A DNA stretch of 64,000 nucleotides from Okamejei kenojei (lineage: Eukaryota), in NCBI GenBank assembly GCA_035221665.1, contig CM069158.1:25234001-25298000 (forward strand), read 5' to 3'. Position 1 is the first letter of the stretch. Every line of letters begins with the position of its first letter. Positions 14,357-26,580 of the stretch are shown piece after piece. Below the pieces are notes generated by a model, which saw nothing but the letters and a program-made list of their open reading frames with translations, ran no database searches and was not told the DNA's origin. Position numbers and translations under genes: made by a program.

Positions 14357-14516
14357 TTTTTCAGCAAAAAAAAACATCAGAAAACATGCCTCTTATCCTG
14401 TTATGTCGTGGATGGGTCTTCTCGCAATTGAACCAGAGTTTGGGAAATTATAAGAAGCTGGATATGCCCTGATCCTAAAATAGTGGGACCTTTAACATGA
14501 GGAGATTTTGGCCAAG
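14357..14516 (+). CDS. UNC13A: Munc13-1 exon (FQQTSEHA...[31 protein letters not shown]), indel-corrupted
   Basis: ccgcag|...|gtaaaa. SQLNQS, KKL and MRRF are recognisable. Confidence 0.82.
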
Positions 14517-14964
14517 GTAAAAAGAATGGTAGGTCTTTGTTTGAAACATAAATTAGTGAATAAAGAACATAAAAAAACTTATATTCAAATCGGCCCTCAC
14601 TGGGCTATCGAGGGCTTTTCCTTATCAAATTAAAGGACTTATTCTTCCTACAATTAGTAATTTTTTATGATTATCAATCGTATATCTATTGGCCCAGAGT
14701 TTTAATTATTTTTTTACTAGCATTGCTGCCTGATTGGAGGAGGATGATACATTCTGCTTGTCTCTAGAAGGATTCACCCCATGGATCCTTGGTTTATTGG
14801 GCCTTGTACCTTTGTTAATGCCAAGCTCCGATTTTATACTGGTTCCATTGTGCCAAAACTTGCTTCTGGATTTGGGTAAGCGAAGAGTAATTGAAGGTTC
14901 TTTGTGGTCTGGACCCACTCTTGGGACTCTTTGATTTCCTGGAAAGCTTTACCCAATAAATAAG

Positions 14965-15340
14965 GGGGGACCAACAGTGACGCAGTGGTAGAGCTCGCTG
15001 CCTCACAGCAACCGCGACTTGTGGGTTTGTATTCCTGGGGACTATGGGTTTGCTGCCTATGCGGAAAGGCTTGTATGTTTCATAAACCCTCGTGGACAGC
15101 GTGGTTTTCTCCTGGGGTGCTTCCAGTTTCCCTTCCACATTTCCAACGGCCATTTTTTTGCAGGTTTATAGGGTTAAATTTGCCGGTCTGGTAAAATTGA
15201 ACCCTAGTGTCTAAAATTGACCTAGCGAATGTGGGATAACCATTTCAAAAAAACTAGTGTCAGTTTGTGGGTGGGCATTGGGAACTCGGTGGTCCGAAGG
15301 CCCGTTTTCCATACTGGTATCTTTTAAATTAAAACTAAAA
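14965..15340 (+). mobile_element. V-SINE (noisy copy)
   Basis: 'gcagtggtagagctcgctgcctcacagc' head through the 'aaaactaaa' tail. Confidence 0.7.
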
Positions 15341-15756
15341 AAAGTTTATTTCTTATTATAAAAAGGGCCTGGCTAATTGGAACAAATGATCACCATATTA
15401 TTATTGTACCCAGCAATAAAGCATTAATAATTATTTTAAATTTTTCCATGCTTTTTCCCATCCCATCTCTTTGCTTCTTAGGAAATGAATAAGATAACCT
15501 GGTACTGATGGATTTCTTTTTAATATCTGTGGCATCAAAATAAATGGTTAGGTGGGCCATGATTACTCATTTGAAGGGAATATGATAAACAAATTGCACT
15601 ATAGTTCTGTTTTTCTATATCAGTATTTATCTTACTTTGTTAAAGTTTTTATTATAGTTTTTTTGCAAAAGAAAAAAACACAAATTTTAAAAATTATAAT
15701 TTTAAATAATTAAATATATATAAATAAACAATTTAAAAAATAATTTTCTTTTCCAG

Positions 15757-15800
15757 GTAAACATTAGGGGGCAATTGTTTGGGCTATTGGGGGGGGGGGT

Positions 15801-15831
<31 letters not shown>

Positions 15832-15894
15832 GCTGTATTCTGAAATAATAGGCGAAGGATTATGGCATCGTATTGTTTCAAATGGAGGAAAGTG
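15757..15894 (+). CDS. UNC13A: Munc13-1 exon (TI.NVLL.Y.EII.KDYASYCS.EKV), corrupted and interrupted by poly-G
   Basis: ttccag acceptor and gtaaaa donor. 'tattctgaaataata..aaggattatg.catcgtattgt' fits YADIISKDFASYC, and the exon is at the expected position in the order. Confidence 0.65.
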
Positions 15895-16789
15895 GTAAAA
15901 TCTATTTCTTAATTTTTCTTGTTACTTCAAACATATAGTATTGGAAGTCGGAATATTGTGGTAAACCCACTTGGCACCTTGGGTCTGAGGGCATCTATGA
16001 GGAAGGAAATATTGTCCTTTTTATTATTTCTTCCCCAATTTTTAACCTGGTTTTCTTCCTTCTTTTTGGATGTTTTGGCCTTTAATGTTTTTCCCTTCTT
16101 AGTAATTTTTTAATAATTGTGCTAAATGATACTTATATTTAATAAAATTGGCACTGTTGTATCTTAAAATTTACAGACATTTTAAGGTCAGAAGTCATTC
16201 TTCTGTTTCTTCTTGGAAACGTTTGCAAAATTTCAACAGCAAAAATTTGGGGCTGGACGTTTCTCTTGGGAACTCCAATTTGTGGGGCCAGGTGAAATTA
16301 AATTATAGTAGAAGGTTTCAACAAATTTTATCTTTAAAGTATTGTTTCAAGCAATGAAAAAAAATGTAGAAAAGCTATTTGAACTCCATGGTTCGTTTCA
16401 TTTGGTATTTTTGGTATAGGTTCCCACTTTCTTTAGGCTCCTAAAATTGATTCATGGGGGGAACACCCAGTAAAGGTTTAGGACTCTTACTATTCCAATT
16501 AAAAATCTTCCAAAAACAACCCTTGCTTAGTGTTCTGGACATTTCACTGTTTTAAAGTTTATTTTCATCAATCCTAAGGGGAAATTGCACATGAGTTTTT
16601 TATAATCCTTTTTACCCCACATTCAATAGAAACTGTAATTTTTTTAGACTCATTGTAGTATTTGGTCAGGGCCAGGGCCAACCATTGATTGTTACTTGTA
16701 TTTGCCATTTCTTAGTTTTATGTAAAAGCTAAAAGGGCCTATTAACCATAGGAAATTAAATTTACTGTACAATAAAAATTAGTAATAGG

Positions 16790-16881
16790 CCATGTATCCT
16801 GATGAACAACATTCAGCAGCTCGGAGTTGCAAACTGGAGAAGAATGTTTGAACGGGGCAATTGGGAGTGAAAAAAAGGATT
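16790..16881 (+). CDS. UNC13A: Munc13-1 exon ([20 protein letters not shown]..GGKD), indel-corrupted
   Basis: CCATGTATCCTGATGAACAACATTCAGCAG = [10 protein letters not shown]; donor gtaag. Confidence 0.85.
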
Positions 16882-17936
16882 GTAAGATTATGAAATTCTT
16901 AATTTTATATTTAGTTATTTAAAATCTTTTTTATGGTTCTAATTTAAAGAATTACATTTCTTATCACTCCTTTTAATCTTCCTATTATGTTCCTACAATA
17001 GTTCACGTGTCAAAAGAAATCCAAGATTGCGGGGTGTTTCATAATGAAAATTCTACCGTCTAGACATTCGATTGATGAAATTATGACATTTCATTGGGGA
17101 CTAAAAACGGGTGGATGGTTCGAATCCAACTTGGGGTTTTCCATGCTGGGCCAAGTGCTCTCTAACTAGGCTAGCCCAATTGGCCTGCACCAGCAATATT
17201 CCGCCAATCTTTCCAATAACAACTGACGGGCCCAAAGTGGGGTCTTTTAAAATGTAAATTAATTAGTACTGTACGTAGCTGCCTCTATGTGACAAAGTTT
17301 GTCCTTCGTTCCCTTTTGGTACATTTGGCCCATAGAAAGGAAATATGTCTGTACTATATTTCATTATTTTTAATTTACAAAAAAAACATGAAAAACAACG
17401 CACTCAGGGGCTGAGTGTTTCCCAAACAACAAAAATATAAAACTGACCTAGATTAAGCTAGAGGAACAACTTGGTTAGGGTTGGGATACCATATTAAGGC
17501 ATGGGTTTATCAATTTGTTTTAATTATTACTGTACTATTGGTCCTTCATTTGAATATTTGTGATTTTTTCTAATTTTGGTTTCTTGCACCAGTAAGTAAA
17601 ATCGCTATAAATTAATGCAACATTGTCATTTTTCCCAGAAAACAGTGCTTTCAGATAACCAAAGTCCATGGATGCATTGGTCCTGGATTGGCTTGTTACA
17701 TTTATGAAGAAGGGTAAATCCACTACGAAAAGGTAGGTAATACTCAAAGGGCGGTTACGCTCATTATGATGTTGCTTTTGGGACATTTCAACTTCAATTC
17801 TTTATTTTTAGTTCAGTGCTGCTGAATCCAAACCTGTTCAGCTTGGCTAATGGTTTTCCATAGAGAAAGGCATGTATTTCAGGGGGATTAATGATTGCTT
17901 TGTGTTTACTGTAATGCATTGTCCTGTATTTTACAG

Positions 17937-18047
17937 CGAATTTTTCAGAAATGCCAGTTGGACATTTTTTAAACAAGGAGCTGCAAAATAAAAACTCAAC
18001 AATGTTGCTGGGGATTGATTCGTCAAGCAATGGGTGTTTGCATTAAG
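17937..18047 (+). CDS. UNC13A: Munc13-1 exon (..ASD.LKELQ.KLNNVLD.LS.VFA.S), indel-corrupted
   Basis: ttacag|...|gtaagg. KELQ and KLNNV are recognisable. Confidence 0.75.
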
Positions 18048-20812
18048 GTAAGGGGGATATCAAAATTCTTATAGGATTTAAAAGCTTATTACGTGCAAAT
18101 TAATTCATTCCGGTATTAAGAAAATCTTGGGTGCTAAGAGATATTAAAAAGATTATGGGTGTTTCTGTTAAAATAAAAGGTACTAAACAATTGTGCATGG
18201 GGTGCAAATTTGACAGTTATTTAAAAATTCTTAAATTTTGAAACTATCACAGGATTTAAAATATTATGGGCCTTACCATGATCCTTGAGCTAATCCTGTG
18301 ATCAAAAAACGAACCAAACATTTGACCAAAATTTGATTTTCAAAAAATTTGAAAAAACATTTTTTTTTTAAAATTATATAAAACATTAGGAACACTGGAG
18401 TTTGAAGCTTCCCTTACAAAAATTCTCGGCACCTAACCCACCATAGCCCTTTAGTTCTTGGGCCAGGGTGTCAAATAATAATCGCAGTTTTTGAAAATTT
18501 AAAAAAATAAAACCGGAAGAGTGGCAGAAATTAAAAAAAACCGTTATTCGCGCTTGGACTAGCAAATTGAAAACGGGAGGAACTAACAGATGGTGGACAT
18601 TGCTAAAATAGTACGAGCAAACTAAGGGATTTTTATTTTCATGATCCCTAACATTAATCCTTATTCATTATTAAGTATTTTCAATGGACAGCTAAACACA
18701 AAAATATAAAACAAGTATATAAGAACGAAAACAATTAAATATTAAACGGTTCCAACATGGGACCACAATTTTTCCACAGTTTTGTGTTTGCGTGACCCAA
18801 GGCTGCCTGCTAAAAACTTGTGACAATCAGGAAAAAAACAACAAATTAATCCAGTGATAAATCATAAGGCATCAGGGAATTTGGCCTTGTGTATTAGTTA
18901 TTTTAATTGCAAAAATTAATGTAATCTTTCGGTATAAATATTTTAGCCTAGGATTTAAATGAAATCCTTGTAAGAAAAATGGTTCACACAAAAAAAGCAA
19001 GAAAAAACACAGGGGACAATCTTGGATTAATCTTTCTTTGTAAAATCAGATTTTATTTATTTTTGTTTTGCTAAATCTCATTTATTTTGGCTATACACAT
19101 GATCTAAGCTACTTTAAATGAATATGAAAACATATGGGAATATTAACATTAAAAAATAAAAAAAAAAAGGAATAAACCTGGAAGTTTGGAGGCCTTTCAG
19201 TGTCACTACTTGGAGTGCTGGTATATACTGAAATACGGGCCATACAGGGGGACAATGATGAGAAATAGTGGGATTTAATTTTAGGGGGGGCAATGTTGTG
19301 AAACCAGGGGGTCTCGGGCGGGAAAACTTGGTGCGCTGGCTGAAAGTTTGGCCTTATTTTCTTGCTGTATCTCTAAAAACTATCCGAACTAAAACTGGAT
19401 TTTAAGCAATCAGTCAGTTTGAAAGGGTAAAAGTTTGATATCAACCCACTAATGTATATTTGATTTGAATTTTTGTCTGGTGTTATAACATGAAGAACCT
19501 CAACTTTAAAAATAAAAAAAAGCGGGGGAATAATTTGCAATAAAGGGGGTGTGGGGGGGAACAATGCAATATGCAAAAGAATAATTTTGGATACTAATTC
19601 CCAACATTTGAGAAATGGTCTAGGAAAATCACTGTTCTTGGGAAACACTCTTTTTTCTATAGTATAAATATTGGGTTGATATACTGAATTGGGCGCCAAG
19701 CCAGCATATCTGAAAAGGAAGCCATTTCAGGGCCATGTTATAGCATCAATCAAAACTTTGAACACATGAACACAAAACTTGGGTTGCATAAAAAAACTGA
19801 GCGACACCACTGTGCAATAAATTCCACTCAATGGTAGAACTTTAGCCCATTGTCGAAATCTGCTGTCTGATCAGGAGATTTTAGATGAACACATATGAGA
19901 AGAAAAAATTGCCAAAAAGTATATTTACTTTACTATTTATTTGCTTAAACACTATTTCTATTTATTTCTTAATATCCATTGTTACTTTTTCTATTTGCAA
20001 ATTTTTTATTTTTATTTTTAAATGATTAAATTATTTACAAATCCGTTGTAAATGGTTTTAAAATGTCTATGAATTAATCAGTGAGATGTTTTTTAAAAAA
20101 AAACACTAAAATTACAAATCGTAGGCTTTTGACAGCAGGGATAAAAGCTGGTATTTCCCACTGCTTTGCCTTCCTGTCAAAGCCAGGATGTTCCAGCGAC
20201 AGTGGGTTTCCAGACTACAAGGATAGTTTGAATTAAACCTCTGTTAAGGGTTTTTAACTGCATGGAAAACAGGGGTGTCACATTCCCAGCCAGGTCTGAA
20301 GAAGGGTCTCAACCCGACCCGAAAACGGGTCACCCATTTCCGTACTCTCTTTACAGATGCTGCCGTTCTGCGAAAGTTTACTCCGGCAAATGTTGTGGTA
20401 CTGTTCTTAAGGTTATTAAAAACCTCCACCTGCGTTTCCTGCCTACCCAAACAACCTCCTTTCCAAGGGCTTACGGTCAAGCATTGGATTGGTCTTTTGC
20501 ATTCTTTATTCAGGCATGGCGGGGGCCGGAGTGTGTGTAGTGGGGATGGGTAAGTAAACTCAGTTTGTTTCAGTCCAATTCAGGTCATCAATGAGTTTCC
20601 AATAAGAGCTTCTTGGTTCAGTGAAGATTATGCGTCAATATTACTTTCTGGAGTCTGCGGGTTGTATCGTGACGTTTCTCTTAACTTTCAGTTTCAAGCA
20701 ATTTCATAAAAATGGCCAAATGTGTTTAACATTTTACGCCTTTGTTTTTTCTTTAAAGGGGAATTGATATATTTTCATGCTGTATTGAACATCCTTGCTT
20801 TAATATTCAGAG

Positions 20813-20981
20813 TTTTCAGCCTCATATTGAGGAATGGTAGCAGAATGGGAGATATCTCCAGCCCAGGTGAAAGGAAAAACTGGAAATGTGCTGCCTTGTA
20901 ACTTTGGCAACAGTGTGGCCAGGATGCTGAACCTTTGTTCTCTCAAGGCCAAATCATTGGGGACTTACTAGATTTAGCCAA
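20813..20981 (+). CDS. UNC13A: Munc13-1 exon (FQPHIEEC..QMGDILSQVKGTGNV...SVAQDAD...PIMDLLDSN), indel-corrupted
   Basis: TTTCAGCCTCATATTGAGGAA = FQPHIEE (UNC13A-type). Boundaries approximate. Confidence 0.8.
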
Positions 20982-21089
20982 GTAGTCACACATTTTTTTT
21001 TAAATTAGCATGTTTGCTGAGTTTCATCATGCACATTGAACCTTGCACTGCACTCTCCTCCTTTCAAAGTTAAACATGTAAAAGAATAT

Positions 21090-21345
21090 CTGTGTTGGTG
21101 TTTTGCACTTCTCTCTTGTTACCACGGGGGTTCTTCTGGGTGCTAAAGTTTCTTCCCACATTCCAAAGACGTGGGTTTGTAAGTTAATTGTCCTCTGTAA
21201 AATTGACCCTAGGGTGTAGGGATTGGGAATAACATGTGAAAGTGGGATAATTGAGAACGAATGTGAAAGGGTGATCAATGGTAAGCATGGACTCAGTGAG
21301 CCAAAGAGCCCGTTTCCATTCTGTATCTTCCAGTCAATCAATCAA
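21090..21345 (+). mobile_element. V-SINE, 5'-truncated
   Basis: 'ttcttcccacattccaaagacgtg..tgtaagttaattg' core plus tail. Confidence 0.7.
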
Positions 21346-21744
21346 TCAAAAGCAATCTTTGCTTTCTTGATGTCAATGGAAATAAAAACTAGTGATGTGT
21401 TGACGTAGCGAGCAAAATTGACGTAGTCATTTTTATTTACTGTTATCAAAGGTTAAAATTACCATGGCGATCTTGGGGAAGAAAGGCATTATACCACATG
21501 CCATCTGCATTTCAAAACTGAATGAACTAAAGTTAGTTAAAATCCAAAGGACCCAAGTGGTTACTTTCACATGTTAGTTGTCATAAAATGAACTAAAAAA
21601 GCCATGAAATCTACTTTGATTTTACCCTTTTGAAACGTTCACAATATAGTCCAGGAAGAATAATGCATGAAATAGTGCAAAAGGGAAGTCTCTAAATTAT
21701 ATTTAAATATAAGCAATGTATCATGCATATACTCTGATAGGATA

Positions 21745-22030
21745 AGGCTGTGACTCAGCGGTAGTACTGACACCTCCCACTGAGAAGATTGTGGATTCCC
21801 ACTCAAAAGACTTGAGCAGAAAATTTAAGTTGACACTAATAGAGTTCTGAAGAAATGTGGCATTGCTGATGCTAATTTTTGGATGAGATGTTAAACCAAA
21901 GTTGCATCTGTCCCTGAGGTGATCATTATTTGCACAGATCATGGATATGCTCCTCAATAATTAATCCAATATTTATTCCTCAACTAAAATCATAAAAGCC
22001 AGATGATCACATTGCTATTATAAGCATATG
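21745..22030 (+). mobile_element. Old DeuSINE (SacSINE1/AmnSINE-like)
   Basis: tRNA-like head then 'ggatgagatgttaaacc' and 'ccaatatttattcctcaac..atcacattgct', recalled Deu-domain motifs. Confidence 0.55.
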
Positions 22031-22245
22031 AATTATGAGCTTGAGTTGGCCACTCAATTTCTCAAGCCTGCTCCATTGTTTAATACGTTTATACTGATCT
22101 GGCTTGTTTCCTGGATTATAACTGATTATATTTCAGAAAAAAAGCCATTCATGAAGGACTTTTATGAAATCAAGAAAATCAGTGTATAAATTTGTTGCTT
22201 AACTTCTTTATGGCAATGAAAGGCATAAACAGCATCAATTAGTTG

Positions 22246-22305
22246 TATATTTTAGTGGCAGAAACTGCTGTTCAATATATTTTAGTGGCAGAAACTGTTG
22301 TTCAA
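22246..22305. repeat. 30-bp tandem duplication
   Basis: tatattttagtggcagaaactg(c/t)tgttcaa x2. Confidence 0.9.
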
Positions 22306-23208
22306 TAAATCTAAAGACTTTCTGATCCCATCATCGGGACTAGCTTCATCTACCTTCCAGATGTTGCACAGATTTTCCCCGGCTCAGTCAACTGTTTGCT
22401 GAAAAATAACAGTATTACCTCTAGATTCATTTATTCTAATCTAGGGTGAATGTTTCTTGACCACTCTTCATTATCTCATCCAAAATTATTTATTGTAGAA
22501 TGCATTCTCTCATTCAGCAGCTGTCAGGCTTTCATTTTCTCAAATTTTAAAACTCATTCTTGTGTTCACATATTTCCATTGTCTCTCCTGTATTTGGCTG
22601 TTTAACTTTATCAACCCAACAATTCTCTGTGTTCTTTGTACGTCTCCAAGTGCGGCTTTGCATGATTCTGATTGCTTCACTACATCTTTGCACTTTCATC
22701 TGCCTCAGACCGGTGGTATCAAGTTTCATTTTAGAAGTTATGCACCTCTAAACAGTATAGGAGGTAAAAACTGTTTTCCTGTAACCTCCCTGCAGTAACT
22801 ACCCACCATTGTCTCTTTAGAACACTGTTTGTTAGTTTCATCGTGGTTGCCCATTAAAATTGCCACAGAATTGACACGGGCAATTTCTCTATTAAACAAT
22901 ATAACATTCTGCCTTTAGTATTTTTAGCTTACATTAACAAAAATAAATTTATTGATATTGAAAAGACCATCATTTTTGAAAATCCTGCATGAAAAAACAA
23001 ATCTTGTTATGGTAAGTCTGAAACTCTAGGTTCTAACCCCCTTCTAGACCCCAACCCCCCCCAACCATTGACATGATTTTTAAAACGCCGTTTTCTATAA
23101 CACAAGGTTACTTAGAAACGCAACTAATGCGTAATAGCAGACTACCTATACTGTGGCTGAGTTGAAGGTGCCACGTAAAAAGAAGTCATTGACTAGGTGT
23201 TAGTTTGA

Positions 23209-23526
<318 letters not shown>

Positions 23527-24203
23527 TAGATGCATCATAGGAGAAAAATCTTCCACGTGGAATGGGTTGCCAACTTGATAGTTCTTAATGCATTACCTCA
23601 GTTAAGGAATTGATAAATGTAAAATTAAAATACTCTTCCAAACATTATTCTTACTTGGTAATTCCACAATTATTATGAAAAAAACAAAAAACTGACTGTT
23701 CCTTACATTATATGTTCCTTAAGGCCTGAGCTGGAGAAAAAGAATGAAATTCCTTTGCTCTAGATATCTTGCTAGCTTTAAAAACTAATGGAAAAAAACG
23801 TTATGTGAATCATTGTTGTAATTGCTTAATTCTTTCAAGATCTTAGGCATTTTTGCATCATTAAAATATAAAATGTTGTTACAAAAGCATTATGTGCACA
23901 GATGAATTTTACATTATTTACCGTGTAAATGTTTTTAAAGCAGCGTAATCAAGATCCATTTGAAAGAATATATTTTAAGTAATTCAGATATTTACATCTC
24001 TGATCTTTATTGACAGTGCCTTTATTGATTTTTTTAAATTAATTAATTTTGGCAATTTACCAAAGGGCCACAGAATCTAATAACTTTTTAAAAAGTTTAT
24101 AAAATCAACTAATTTGAAAAGTTGCATAAAATTAGAAAAGTAATTTTAGTACACTGGTCTGATTATCATTTTCTTTAATTGTTCTGCTCTCTGATAATGG
24201 CAG

Positions 24204-24209
24204 ATGATT
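24204..24209 (+). CDS. UNC13A: 6-nt microexon encoding Met-Ile
   Basis: cag|ATGATT|gtaagt after a pyrimidine tract. Mammalian Munc13-1 has 'TDQT-MI' at this point (recalled). Confidence 0.75.
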
Positions 24210-26394
24210 GTAAGTACAGCACTATGTGTCTGTCTGTCTGCTGTACGTTTAATAGAATTAGTCAGTAATGTGTGTGGCTGCGCTCGTTAGTGTATGCTGC
24301 CACAAGCTGGTGCACATGGCTGACTCTGGTTAATAATAACAACCTCTGCTGGGTTCCCATACCTGAAATTTCCCCTTGTTTTGTCACTTAATTGTTTGCT
24401 CTTTTGGATTTTTTTTTTTAATCTGTCAAAAGTGTGTTGTATGTTTACAGCTCAATTCTGGATGTGTACCTCAAGGAAATGTCTATCTTTGTAAAAGCTA
24501 ACTGCTTGTATTTGTTGAAATGGTATTTTGTGTATCATTTGCTACCAATATTTAATTAATAGCTGCGGTATATGTGTTTTAAATTGCTGGCTGATTCTTT
24601 TTCTGCAAGAGATGCCCTGTCTGAAAAATATCTGCAATTATGTTTTATTCATTATTTGTAATAAGAGCTGGCAACAATGAAAAATGCTGCAATCTTAATC
24701 TAAAATTGTTTTCTAAGTATGGTCGGAATACAACCGTTTACCTCTTATTTGCTTTGATCATTGAGGAGGTGCAATATTAGGTTATAGGCAGTGAACATAT
24801 GCAGGTTATTTATGATTAAAGGATCCTTTTACAACTGATGCTTACAAAAACCGAGTAATTTTGAATTTTGTAAGAAGTTACTTCAAGCAAGCACTATGGA
24901 TAATATAAATTTGACAAAAAAATTCAAAACAAAAATGCGTTGGAGTACAACGCTTGTGTACAGCCCAATTTGGGTACAAATTGCAATTGTGAAGTCAGAT
25001 TCTTCTTAGATATTTTCAACCATGGTTTGATAACTTTTTGTTAAAGTGTGTTTTTTGTTGTATCAGCGTATTTTTGATGATCAGCGTGGATTCAGTGGGC
25101 CAAAGGGCCTGTTTTCATGCTGTATCTCTAAACTAAACCAAATATAAATGATCTTAGGAAGAAAATCTGCATATTAAAATGTCCTCTTACAAGCAATAGT
25201 TTTGATATTTGGTCGCAATGCAAAGTAATTTTATTTTTGTACATTAAATGTTGTATTCTGGTATGCATAGGATCTTTAGCAGCGCTTCTTTTGACTTTAA
25301 ATTATAAAAATACTAACATTTCTGATCCAGACTGTAAGATAAATTGAGTTCTATGTGACACTTAAACCAAAAGAATGTTGAGGTGCTTTGCCAGCTCCTG
25401 TTCAACACAATAGAAATGCATCTAAAATAGCATAATGTGAAGGATCGTAAATAGTGGCTAAGTGCAAAGAAGAGATTTATTATTTTTAACTAATTTTCTC
25501 TAAGAACAGCTAACTTCAGAAAATGTTACAACATTCTATTAACTTTATTAATATTCATGGACTGAATGAAAGGATATTGCAAAATTAGCCTTAAGCATAA
25601 TCTTCCTTGAGACTAGTTGTCAGACTCGGGTGATAGACTGTTTCTAGACATGTTAATTTTGATTGAGATTAGTCCAGAGGGCTGAACCACATACCGAACA
25701 TAATTTTGTCCTACTGAAACTATGGTCTGCAATTTGTAATGAATAGCTACTGTGAGAAATTAAAATGGATGCAATCTGTCATTATCTATAGAGCACACAT
25801 GCACAATTAAATACAGATAGATAGATGTTGCAGAATGAAAGAAATAAAATGTTAGGTACTCCATCTAATTTCTAATTGAGATAATCTGAACTTGTAAATT
25901 GTTTTCTGGGATCTGGGCAGCATTAGCAAGGCTAGCATTTATTGTTCATCCCTCTGCCATGTAGAGATGGTCAAGCCACTGCCTTAAACCACTGCGGTTC
26001 TTCTTGTGAAGGGACATTCACTGTTCTGTTGGATAAGGAGTTCTACAATTTAGACCCAGTGATGATCACATTGCAAAAAAGGAAAGGGAGCATCGGGAAC
26101 AAAGGGAACGTCTTCCCATACATCTGCTGCCCATTAGTATAATTGCAGTTTATGTTCTTCTGAATTGGTATAACTTGGATCTTATGATCAATAACTTCCC
26201 TATGTTTAGAACACAAAGTGCTGGAGTAACTCAGTAGGTCAGGCAGCATCTCTAAAGGACCCCTACATGGGACCCTTCCTCAGACCCAGGTTTGCTACCG
26301 ATGTTCTCACCCAGACGTCTGTCAACTATAATTCCTTGTTTGTACTTCCCTTTGTTTATTTGTAGTGTTAAACTGAGGCACCATAACATTTCAG

Positions 26395-26580
26395 CAAAAG
26401 TGCTGGAGAAACGTAGCGGTCAGGCAGCATATATGGAGGGAATGAACAGGTGACATTTAGGGTCGAGATCCAAATCGGTCTGAATCTGAACCCGAAATGT
26501 CTCAAACCAAAATGTCTCCTATCCATTCCCTCCACAGATATCGCCTGAGCTGCTGAGTTACTCCTGCACTTTGTGTTTTA
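26395..26580. mobile_element. Palindromic Penelope-derived short element
   Basis: Arms 'aagtgctggag...caggcagcat' and 'gcctgagctgctgagttactcctgcactt' in inverted orientation. Confidence 0.65.

Noticed and set aside
24451-24500. Possible extra exon after a strong tttacag acceptor (LNSGCVPQGN...)
   Set aside because: No convincing donor, an in-frame stop follows, and no recognisable homology.
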